A stretch of 63,168 bases of DNA, the filler included, from Squatina squatina (taxonomy: Eukaryota), in NCBI GenBank assembly GCA_031763465.1. It is 3 parts of 2 records of this genome, joined end to end, with 100 filler letters (N's around TTAATTAATTAA, not from the genome) between each part and the next. Parts side by side here need not be neighbours in the genome. Positions count along the whole stretch, not along the records: positions 42,318 to 63,168 come from JARFOE010000192.1; 2 more parts are not named here. One strand, 5' to 3'. The translations under genes were made by a program, and so were the position numbers. The notes under the pieces are model-generated. The model ran no database searches. It worked only from the letters and a program-made list of their open reading frames with translations, and was not told where the DNA came from. Numbering within the stretch: the stretch's first letter is position 1; each line of letters starts with the position of its first letter. Below, in pieces: positions 53,201 through 63,168 of the stretch.

Positions 53201-55844
53201 GGTGCAATGTAAATGAGTTTCAAAACTGACCTTGAACAAAAATGACTGAATGAAAGCAATCTTTTCCCTGGTCGCTAAACTCTGCAAGTCATTGTCGCTA
53301 CAACATGGGCCTAAGCAGTTGAACACCCTCCTCTTCACTGCCGTTTCGGGCAGCAACTGAATCACTCACCTTTTATTAATGGCGGCGCTTCCGGGGCTGA
53401 ATCTGCAGCAACAGCTTTTGCCATCGCTGCTAACCCCAGGCGGTCGCTGCGTTTTTCACCACCAATTTACTGCTGGGTCGCTGATGGGGCGGCGCGAACA
53501 GTGATGACGTCACAATCACCGTGCGCCGCTGGTATCAGCACCATGCCAGGCCGCGGAGGTGTCTCCTCTGGGCGCCTCTGCAAAACTGCACATCAGTGTT
53601 CTGCTAGGCGAGGCCTGCGCCACCAGCATCAAAAAAACCCTTTACGACCTGGGAGTATCTCCATCGGGCGTGAATGGGGCATTAGCACGCTATGAATTTC
53701 ACCCCCTTAGTAGTAAACTAAGAAAGTGGGGTGGAATGACCAAAATCAGGAATAATGGGTGAGAAATTTGACTCGTAGTCATCCAGGACACCGCCTGAAA
53801 TGGGGCACAGTCTCTTTAAATATGCAAATGAGCACTACCGGAGCAGAAAAAAATGGCATTTCGCCCCCAAAGTACTTTTATTTGAGATTAAAAACGTTCC
53901 TTTGTTTCATTGAGACTGGCAGGGAGTAAGTAATACAATATACTGCTTCAAGCTTTGACATCCCTCAGCTAGATAAGCATTAAATTCCCCATAAAATATG
54001 TATCAATTTGAGACTGAAATTAAACCTTAAACTACAGGGCAAGTTCAGCGAGGCTGCATGCCAGGGGTGCAGCCCGTCAGATGGGAGAGTGTGTCAGAGA
54101 TAGGGTTGTAACACTATAGCCCTGACAGCCCTGATTCTAGTCTAGTACCCCTTTGCTCCAGAAGCAGAACTTCCCTTATGTTCCTTCAATAAGGCGTTAG
54201 GTCCTCCAACTGAGAGATGTGAAAAGAACATACCGGACTGTTTCACTCCACTCCTGTAACTTCAGAGCGAGGTCCGGAAGGTTGCAACACCGGCACTTTC
54301 AAATTTAGAAATTTTGGCCCATGGAATAGGGTAAAAATTAAACCATAAAAATCTAAATTTAACATGGAACACATGGCTAGTGTGCTGAATGGTCTGGAGG
54401 GTTAGCGTTCCGCCATCTCGCCAGGATTTACTCCATCTCTCCGGGATTTCCGCTGAAGTTATAATGGGAGATAGGAAGACTCTCAATGGAAAATCCAGGC
54501 ATGAGTCTCTGCAATGCCTGATTTGATAATGAGAATAGGAAGGTGGTAACGTGTTCTGCTTCCAGAGCTATCACCTCTCACGTTGCTAGGCATGAAAGTT
54601 CCCAGCTAAATATAAACTTGCAATAGAATCAAATCAGTGTACATTGGGATGTTTTATTCAGAAAAACATCAAATCCTCCACTTTGAGCAGAGAGAAGCAG
54701 CAGCCCATGTACAAGGTCTACTCCTACCCTGATATTGTTATTTTATAGACCTGGTTCCCCTTAAGGACTCCTCCCCCACTCAAGACCAAAATCGTTTCCG
54801 AGAATTTTCTTTAAGCTAACTAATTGGATCCATATCTGTTCCACCAGAAAACGCTTTTTTACCTGTCAAGGTACAGTCGCATGATCCATTTCTTTAAAAT
54901 GCTGTAAAGCGTAGACAATGCCGTTGTAATCAGGGGTTGTAACTTAAAACTGAGATTTCAGAACTACACAAGTACAAAGTTGGTACAACTTGAGCAAAAC
55001 TAGAGATTAGAAGGATTTTTTTTACAGCAGGCTGATAGACATGTGGAATGAACTCCTAGCAAAAGCACTTGTATTATAGCGCTATTATGATTAATTCTTT
55101 TAATAAGGGCCAGGTATCTGTCTAAGAACCAAATGAAGGTTAAAAGGAAAACTAACAGAGACGGATGATGAAATACTGCGTGCAACATGATGGCCCATGT
55201 GCTATTGGGAAGATGCAAATATGGGATGTGGAATGTAGCCCATCAGCGTTGAAGAATGTAAGGTATAATGTTCAAGTGAGAGTTTGAGTTCTGGTCTGAT
55301 TATCGTTAGAGCACAGGGAAGAGATTTAGCAGAGTTTTAACGTAATGTAAGTTTAAACCAAGCAGCCTCGGCTGAGGGCAGCCTTGGGTCGTGCCATATT
55401 TCCTATGTTCTTAATCTACACAGGCCAAGGGAGATATATATTTTTAATTTTCCATTTCTAATATCTTATTACTGGGACGTGCTCAGCATTGCAGTCATAT
55501 TGAATATGTGTGTTCTCAAGACAATGAAAATGTCTGTTACTGCAAAGTGCAGCATGAATCCTGAAATGCAGAGGTGCATGCCAAGGCTATTTCCAGAGTT
55601 TAAGATCATTATCTCTGTAATCTATGTTGATAAAATGCCAGCTCCGAATCGATTCAGGGCTCAGTGCCACATTGATTTCCAAACACCTGAGTAAACAACG
55701 TTAAATTGACACAAGTTTGTGATCTCTGCTCTAAATTGTCCACTNNNNNNNNNNNNNNNNNNNNNNNNNNNNNNNNNNNNNNNNNNNNNNNNNNNNNNNN
55801 NNNNNNNNNNNNNNNNNNNNNNNNNNNNNNNNNNNNNNNNNNNN

Positions 55845-56699
55845 CGAGTGACCGGGCCGCTGTCGATTGCACAGAAAGACTCCAGGTTGGGGAGTAGAAC
55901 GAGTGTGCGACTTACACCACGATCGGACGCCTCCCCTCGGTCAGACTGACACTGACACCCCACCATGCCTACCCCGATACCCTCTCAAACCGCGCCCCCA
56001 ATCATTCCCGAACGCTGCCCGCGATCTCTATCCTGACCAGCAGGGAACCGACCAGATCCTGGGCTGAGGTCTCCTCTGCATTGTTGCCGTTGGACAAGGA
56101 GCCACGCCTGTCAATCGGGCCGGCTTCCAGGCCGGGAACCTGTTTTAAAAAACACACACGCCGTGGAGCTAAAACTCCACTGCGTTAGGGGAAAGCTGAA
56201 CTCCACCCTAGTAAAGATCGGGACCTCATTTTCTGCTGCAAGTCTAATTCGTTTTCACTGAGCAAATGCAGCAAGTTCAGCGGCAGTTGTCGTGAGGCTC
56301 AGGGCGGAGCGGCGCAAACCAGGGCGCATCTGCTGGGTTATTTGTTCACAGATGACGGCCGCTACTTTCCCAGCCAGTTCTGGGACAAGTGCATCGTGAA
56401 ACTCTGGTAAATTAAACTGAAGTGTGAGGGCCAGAATCAGCATTCTGTGTATGGACCATCTGGAGTGGCTCTGACTGAGCGGGGAGTTTACAGACATCAG
56501 CCCACCAGAAGGGCTAGTGGCTGAGTGTAACTCTCCAGCCTTTATCCCGGAAAAGGTTCCTTCTATTCCTTATAAGGCGGTGGCAGGATGGAGTGAGGCA
56601 ACCAAGGCCGAGTTCAGTGCGTTCGGCTCCGCCCCGTAACCGCGTCTCAATAACTATCATCACATCTTTTACTTTAAAACTCTCCAGCAAGTACCGACT
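55845..56699 (+). promoter_or_regulatory. CpG-rich promoter-like region upstream of GLIPR2
   Basis: CpG and GC content is visibly higher than in the AT-rich background. TATA-like tataag at ~56571 and GC box ccgcccc at ~56630. Confidence 0.5.
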
Positions 56700-56712
56700 A
56701 TGGGGAAATCAG
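56700..56712 (+). CDS. GLIPR2: GLIPR2 coding exon 1 (MGKS/A)
   Basis: ATG GGG AAA TCA G|gtcagt. Matches the N-myristoylated start MGKSAS and is phase-compatible with exon 2. Confidence 0.85.
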
Positions 56713-56819
56713 GTCAGTCTTTTCACATTTATTTGGATCATTGCCCCTCATGGGGGAGGGGGGTTCACCCCTCTTTTAAAAAAAATCGGATTTACATTTT
56801 AAAACATTTATTATTTCAG

Positions 56820-56928
56820 CTTCTAAGGAGTTTTCCCGTGAAGTTTTAAGAACTCACAACGATTATAGGAAGAAACATGGCGCGTCCGGGTTGAAACTAT
56901 GCAGCAAACTTTGCAAAGAAGCACAGCA
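56820..56928 (+). CDS. GLIPR2: GLIPR2 coding exon 2
   Basis: ttatttcag| ... |gtaagg; (A)[35 protein letters not shown](Q), the CAP-domain HN..R..HG motif. Confidence 0.92.
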
Positions 56929-57029
56929 GTAAGGTCTTTTGGATTTTCTGAGGCTGTTTGGATGGTGAGCTTGTTGGCGGGCTGTGCTGATGGCCGCTCT
57001 CTCTCTCTCCCCCTCCCTCTCTGCTGTAG

Positions 57030-57133
57030 GTATGCCGAGGCTCTCGCCAGCACCCGGGTCCTCAAACACAGCCCGGAGTCCAGCCGGGGACAGTGTGGAG
57101 AGAATCTCGCCTGGGCATCATACGATCAACCGG
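57030..57133 (+). CDS. GLIPR2: GLIPR2 coding exon 3
   Basis: Long pyrimidine tract, tgtag| ... |gtgagt; [34 protein letters not shown](G). Confidence 0.95.
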
Positions 57134-57631
57134 GTGAGTGCATTTGGTCAAGAATGAAAATCAAAAACCTAACGATTTTATTTTTTTTTTAATTTGTTAG
57201 TCAACAAACAAAAGAGACGTGTCAGTGCCGTTCGTTGGTGATTTCACACCCAAATCATTGGAACGGTGTAACAGGTCAAGAACTGAGAGATCCGAGTGGA
57301 ATTGGAGCAGAGAATTAAAGGACAGGCGACCAGAAGTTCAGGGTCACGCTTACGGACTGGGCGGAGGTGTTCNNNNNNNNNNNNNNNNNNNNNNNNNNNN
57401 NNNNNNNNNNNNNNNNNNNNNNNNNNNNNNNNNNNNNNNNNNNNNNNNNNNNNNNNNNNNNNNNNNNNNNNNACATGAGGGATTGTGTCTGCATTTGGTA
57501 AATTGATTGCAAAGCATCCAGCTGATGAATAATTGGCGTGTGAGGGAGAAGCAGTGAGCATCCCACACATTGCTGGTGATGTCTCTAGTGGATCAACTGT
57601 CCATTAACTTCTGGTCTTATTTCTTCCCTAG

Positions 57632-57792
57632 GTCATTTTACAGCAATGATATGGAAAAACAGCAAGAAGTTGGGGGTTGGGAAGGCCTCAGCCACAGACG
57701 GCTCCACATTTGTAGTAGCCAGATATTTTCCAGCTGGCAACATCATGAACCGGGGATATTTTGAAGAAAATGTTCTGCCTCCAAAGAAGTAA
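57632..57792 (+). CDS. GLIPR2: GLIPR2 terminal coding exon
   Basis: ttcttccctag|; (G)[52 protein letters not shown] containing the CAP signature motifs. Confidence 0.95.
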
Positions 57793-58008
57793 ATTTGTAA
57801 GATTTGACATAGACTGTGAATATTATTAATGGTGGAAAAAAAGAAGGGTTTGAACATTCACCTGTATGATTTGTCATCCAGTGATCCGGCTCTGCAATGT
57901 ATTAATGTTAAAATTCCTCATATAGTGCTCAAAAGGACCTGCTGCTGATGCCTCTGTTGTGCCCTTGTTCAGAAAGTACCAAACCAACCAACCGCATTTT
58001 GGACACAA

Positions 58009-58014
58009 AATAAA
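58009..58014 (+). terminator. Candidate GLIPR2 polyadenylation signal
   Basis: First AATAAA I see downstream of the stop codon; motif evidence only. Confidence 0.3.
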
Positions 58015-58259
58015 CACCAGTCTGATTTATGACACTCCATGCTGTTGCATAAGTACTCCGTCCACAAGACTAGCTATTCTGCTATAGGTGCTGTGTGTAA
58101 TAATAACTTACTTTAGGGCCTTGCATGGAATGTCATGTTTGACTGAGCACAGCCATATCCTTCTGTGATCTGTCCAAGATCCCACACTGTCATAACTTGC
58201 AGGTTACTTTATTTCAATAATTAATTTTATTCCCCTTCGAGTTCAGCAAGTCATTTATT

Positions 58260-58665
58260 CTTCTCTCATCATTTTGATTCTTGGTTCTTGTATGGTTACA
58301 CAGGCACCAGTTGCCCTCTGGGTATCTTCCTCAAGCGGCCATTGCTCATGTATTCACCGTATCCCTATGTATTAATGGGGATATTCAACCATGGAGGAGG
58401 GATGAGGCATCGCTGCTTAGAGCAATCCTGTCCTCAGCTGACATCAACACACGCTCCCTTCCATCCGGAATCACAGGATAGTGATGAGGAATGGTTGATT
58501 CTTTCCCTTCCTAACCCATAGGTGCTGAGACTAAATGTAGCATCTTTACAGCCACCCCTCCCCTGCCCCCACTGAGATCAGCTTACTCCACGCGGGTAAC
58601 AACCTGGGACTTCATGGCCTATAGGCTGCAGCTACCTACTGCCCTTAGCCGTTGAGCCACAGAGG
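58260..58665 (-). mobile_element. Degenerate tRNA-headed SINE-like repeat (same family as 44975-45290)
   Basis: Minus strand begins gtggctcaacggctaagg...gtcccaggttg...gagtaagctgatctcagtgggg, with A/B-box-like remnants. Confidence 0.55.
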
Positions 58666-61600
58666 AGCAAGTTACGTTTTTAATGTNNNNNNNNNNNNNN
58701 NNNNNNNNNNNNNNNNNNNNNNNNNNNNNNNNNNNNNNNNNNNNNNNNNNNNNNNNNNNNNNNNNNNNNNNNNNNNNNNNNNNNNNTCTTTGTTTTTGCT
58801 TTTGTCCTCTCTCCTTTAGTATCTAAGCACTTCTTCAGTTGAATTTGAATTGCTTTACATTTTGGCTTGGAGCTCACCCTCTCTTGTTCCTTCCAAGCTC
58901 CAAGTGAGTAGTGCTACATTCCTTTCTTTCTTCCAGTATCTCTGATATGTTGAAATAAACACTCATCACACAGCCTCCTTGAACTCACCATTTCCCAGGA
59001 GCACAAACTGTGGATCTCTTTACCTCCTTCAACTATCCCTTCCTCCTAGAATTTGTCTCATGCCAAAGCACAGATTCTACTCTCAACCAGATATTGTGTC
59101 TTAGACTGACTTTCCCTACAATGTTCCAGTTCCCTTGCTTTTCAAGTTACTCTAATAAATTGAAAGGCTCATTAGATAATGTTAATTATCCTGATTATTG
59201 GAATTCAATGGCAATTACACTTACTATGTAGAAATTAATATACCATTAGCTCTGGTTATATCCTGGTTGTAAACTTCAATCCTCAAGGGTTTTGTTTGAT
59301 TGGGTGGCTCATCAGACCACTGGTACACATAACATGGGCAATGTGTCACATAGTTTTTCATACATGGGTATTGGTGATATTGATGAGGCCTAATACTTAT
59401 AGGGGTTGAAAATCCTATGACCTTCCAGTGCTGTTCTGCCATACCTTCATCTGCTGGGTCCCAGCTTAATGTCAGAGTTTCCATGGGGTCGAGCATATGC
59501 CGATCTCTTGCAAGGCCAGTGGCCTCAGNNNNNNNNNNNNNNNNNNNNNNNNNNNNNNNNNNNNNNNNNNNNNNNNNNNNNNNNNNNNNNNNNNNNNNNN
59601 NNNNNNNNNNNNNNNNNNNNNNNNNNNNTCAAAGGCTGTATGTTGTGGTTTCAAGTCATAAGATGGGAAGGGACAGTTGCAACCCTCGACCAGGGTTATA
59701 ATAGGTCTTGTTGTCTGGAAGGGATTGCTTGACTGAAAAGTAATCTTCTATATTTCTATGTGTTTCTGATTAAAACAAGATTTTCTTTTCAAGATTGCAT
59801 TAATTAACACCCGAAATCTAATTCCTCAAACCACTACCAAACAAGGCTCTAAATGCTGCATGCAATTCAGAAAAGTATCCCTTCTGCGATAATCTTGTCA
59901 ATATTGTTGAGCAGTGCCTTTTTGTTCCAATTGCATATTTTGACAAAAATGTTTTACTATCTGCTCGTGGACAGTTTATATAATTTGTACAAATGTTTTA
60001 ACATACGTAAACTTAGAGGAAAGGGATACTCTCAGAAATAGGGGGAGGTGTACAAGTGGAAAGCATGCAGAAGAAGCAAACAGAATGCAGTTTTTAAGCA
60101 AAGCACACCGCCATACCCATTCAGTCCTAGTCCTCCCTCTACCAACATAACCCAATGGGTATATTACTCAAGCCTGAGAGCAAGTTCGGTGAACCAAATT
60201 CCTAGCAGGTTCCAGCACCAATCCTGCAGCGAGTGTTAGCTTTAGCTTGAAGGAAGTTAGCCTGCAGAGTGATGTCAGAAGGTCACCCTTGCTCCCTCCC
60301 CTCTGAACCAAGTAATTCTACAATCTGCTTCATTCATGGCAGAAGAACAAGTCAGAATGAGCTCTATGGGGTCCCAGATAAAAGAATTGCTAAGTACTAC
60401 ATCTGAGAGATGCTGAAAATCTCTTACTTGGCCCGTTCAGATGGTGTTCTAACTTTGGAACAGGCATTAACGGAACAAATACTGAGCTAAGATATGACAA
60501 ACTTATACTATCCACTGCACTGCAACTGCAGCATGCTATATTTGAAGAGGCCAAACACTCCATTTCAAAAATACAGCACCAAAATTCACCAGTGTGAATC
60601 AGGATACCCCATTACAAACCAACAACCTGCCAGCTACTGAAGGGGTTTAAAAAAAAGTCCTCAAATTTCTTTGAGAAATGTTTACACATTCACAATGTTA
60701 CCAACTCTTGTTTGAGCTGACGGAATTTTCTGTAACTGAGCCTTGTACTCAGTTTTTCCGGGACCTGTTGGCTCCCAGGCCAAACTTATCGGCCTCGTCA
60801 CAATCACTCGAGTGGGTTCTGGGATACAGACTCTTCCAATCGTTGACACGCTAAACTTCCATTCAGGTTTACATTTTTTTTGCAAACTAATTGTGCATTG
60901 AGCAAGATTCGGCCTTATTGAGATGGAGCAAAGCATTTGGAATGTCAAGTTCTACATTGTGATTAGTACTTCCAGTTAATACCACCACAAAGATAGGAGT
61001 AGAGCTGGAGAGCAGGCCTGGATGTCCGACCTAATGCCTGACACAATTAGTTCAGGTTAATTACAGCAAATCTGATGATTTAGAGCCTGAGATGTTATGA
61101 AGCCCCTAAGCTGCATCCCCCTGAGGTTCAGATTATGAGCTTTGCATCCTAAGGGTGGTCTTAAAATAATGAATTTGTCTCTAATAGGATTCATAGGTTC
61201 ATTCCCAAAGCACCGCTGTCAATTAAATATCCCACATCGAGTCTGATGGCTTATTTTAGCCCAGAATGTAGTGTAAAAGAGGTTAATGAGCAATTGTGTA
61301 AGCTGCTCACATTATTTACCTGGGAATAAAAAGGCTTTCTAAACTGGGGACAGGCTAGAGCAACAAAGAACAGAGGGTAATTCTTTTTTTACTTTATTTT
61401 TGAAAAGGCTATACTTAGCAAGGTTAAATGACATTTAATTGCAAGCCATGATTACAGATCAAATAAAGTCTGTCGGTCGCCAGTCAACCAGAAGGAACAG
61501 AATCAGGAAGTATTCTCCAGTGATCTCTGTTGCTGAAATATTTCCTGTGGAAAGACTGCAGGTAGTTATTGCAGCAAACTGCAGACCTTTGTTATAATGT

Positions 61601-63168
61601 TCAGTGTTATGGCATATCTAAATATTGTACTCGACANNNNNNNNNNNNNNNNNNNNNNNNNNNNNNNNNNNNNNNNNNNNNNNNNNNNNNNNNNNNNNNN
61701 NNNNNNNNNNNNNNNNNNNNNNNNNNNNNNNNNNNNCTGTATATTGATAAGACTCATTAGCATATTTATGATCGTTACTTTATATTTATTGTCTGCGCTG
61801 CTCATTAATCTTCGTCTACTTTGTGGAGCTGACAGCTCAATCCATTTGCAATCTCTATGTAGTATTCATATCGAGGGAAGCCATTGTTTCCTGTAAATAA
61901 ACGATGTTGGGGACCAGGGAATAATAGAAGAGCGCACAGTGATTGGCACAAAGCAATACTGCTAATCAAAAGTGGATTTCATTACCAGCTGTGTCAAGTG
62001 TATTGCAGCTCCATTGTTCTAGTGCTGCCAGGGCATTGGTGCGGTTTGTCCCTCACCTTCCCGAGATGAGCTGATTGTTTTCCCTGATTGGGCTCAGTAA
62101 CATTATTATCCATCACAGCCAACAATACAGCTCACCCAAACAGACGCCTTTGCAGAGGATGCCATGCATTTTGAGCGGATTTGACTTGCTAATGTGTAAT
62201 CTGGTCTGCACAGATGTGTGATGAATATTCTGAGGACTTTTGTGCATGTCAGTCTAAGGCTAAATGAAGATGTGGTGATTATTAAGCGATGGCAATTGGA
62301 CAATGGCCAGCGGTGGACTGAGCCGTTTATTGGACTGAAATCAGACGAGTTCCTGGATGCTCATCCCAGGGGCCAGTGACAGCTCCTATCAGGAATCAAT
62401 AGAAGCTTCCTTTCAATTACTGTGTCTGGCACTCAAAAGAATGATGCTATGAATCTCAAAGTAGAAATACATTTTCACTTTCTCTGTGCTGCTACAAAGT
62501 AGGGAACTAGAGATTTTACTTCAAGTGGGATTATTGTAACATCAGAGGAGGTTGATCATCTATTTAGCCTGGTGCATTAACAGATCTAGTTAGAAGAGAT
62601 TTTGTAAATAATGTTTTTGGTATGTTTTACTTTCCATTTTTAGGACTGTTGCCACATCATATCAACCACTGCCTGGGAAGATCAAATGGTGTGTTTTTGA
62701 ATTTCTCCAAGGTCGTTCTTGATACAGCTCCATGATTGGTTAGCAGTAACGTGCGATGAACCAGGATAGCCAGTTTTATTTATCTTCTCCCTTCTAGAAA
62801 GAACTGGTATATTAGTGGATGCTCACTGATGAGTTCACATGGCATTCCTCTGTTCACTATTGCAGATATTAACATGCTTATTTTATATGGGTTAACAGCT
62901 CTGCTAAAATGGCGAATAGAGGAATTTCACACAAACATGTTAAGCATGCACCCATTACAATAAGCCACACCAATTGCTAGGCTATGATGCCTTTCTTCGA
63001 AACAGTGTTGCCATCATCGTATCTGGTGTTGTAACTTTCTTAATATCACCTTGGATTTAATAAAATCTAAGATTTAAAATATGAAAATCATGTCGAAATG
63101 CAGTGCGGCAGATCGAGTTCTTGCTGCAGGGAGAACTCGTTACTGCTTCCATCATGAGGGGTTTTCGG

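Larger units (their letters stand above)
51094..53706. mobile_element. Putative Harbinger element span (partial Myb gene +, transposase -, tail-to-tail)
   Basis: Right end gaatttcaccccc (53694-53706) is followed by TTA, consistent with the TWA target site. The left boundary is uncertain, and continuity across the gap at 51935-52034 is unverified. Confidence 0.55.

Noticed and set aside
53822-53829. Octamer ATGCAAAT as an snRNA or Ig promoter element
   Set aside because: No downstream snRNA or leader exon is visible; an isolated 8-mer in repeat-like context.
57219-57372. SEWNWSRELKD as GLIPR2 exon 4
   Set aside because: Only superficially like DRWYSEIK; the frame compatible with the nearby acceptor hits a stop.
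1083-61896. Long ORFs in the track containing X runs (e.g. 31305-32354, 5739-6395)
   Set aside because: Artefacts of reading through N gaps.

Overview
Fragmentary vertebrate genomic scaffold with many ~100-N gaps. The repeat content (DeuSINE/SacSINE1-like SINEs, CR1 and L2 LINEs, Penelope-type tails, Harbinger elements) points to a cartilaginous fish; this is an inference. Two artificial 44N-TTAATTAATTAA-44N spacers (18429-18528, 42218-42317) divide the window into three blocks that may not be neighbours in vivo. Recognisable host genes, all on +: two 3' WD40 exons of a TLE1/TLE4-type Groucho corepressor (229-478, 2751-2858), one catalytic-domain exon of a GALNT1-like O-GalNAc transferase (42524-42641), and a compact GLIPR2/GAPR-1 gene (56700-57792; four of five coding exons visible, the missing one probably in a gap). 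Region 47.7-53.7 kb is a cluster of decayed PIF/Harbinger transposons: a HARBI1-like DDE transposase plus spliced Myb/SANT partner genes. Two Penelope-like tails carry degenerate minimal hammerhead-ribozyme cores. Several splice-bounded open frames could not be assigned to a known gene. I found no convincing evidence of a wholly new biological system; the best leads are the unassigned exons, the Harbinger cluster and the hammerhead motifs.
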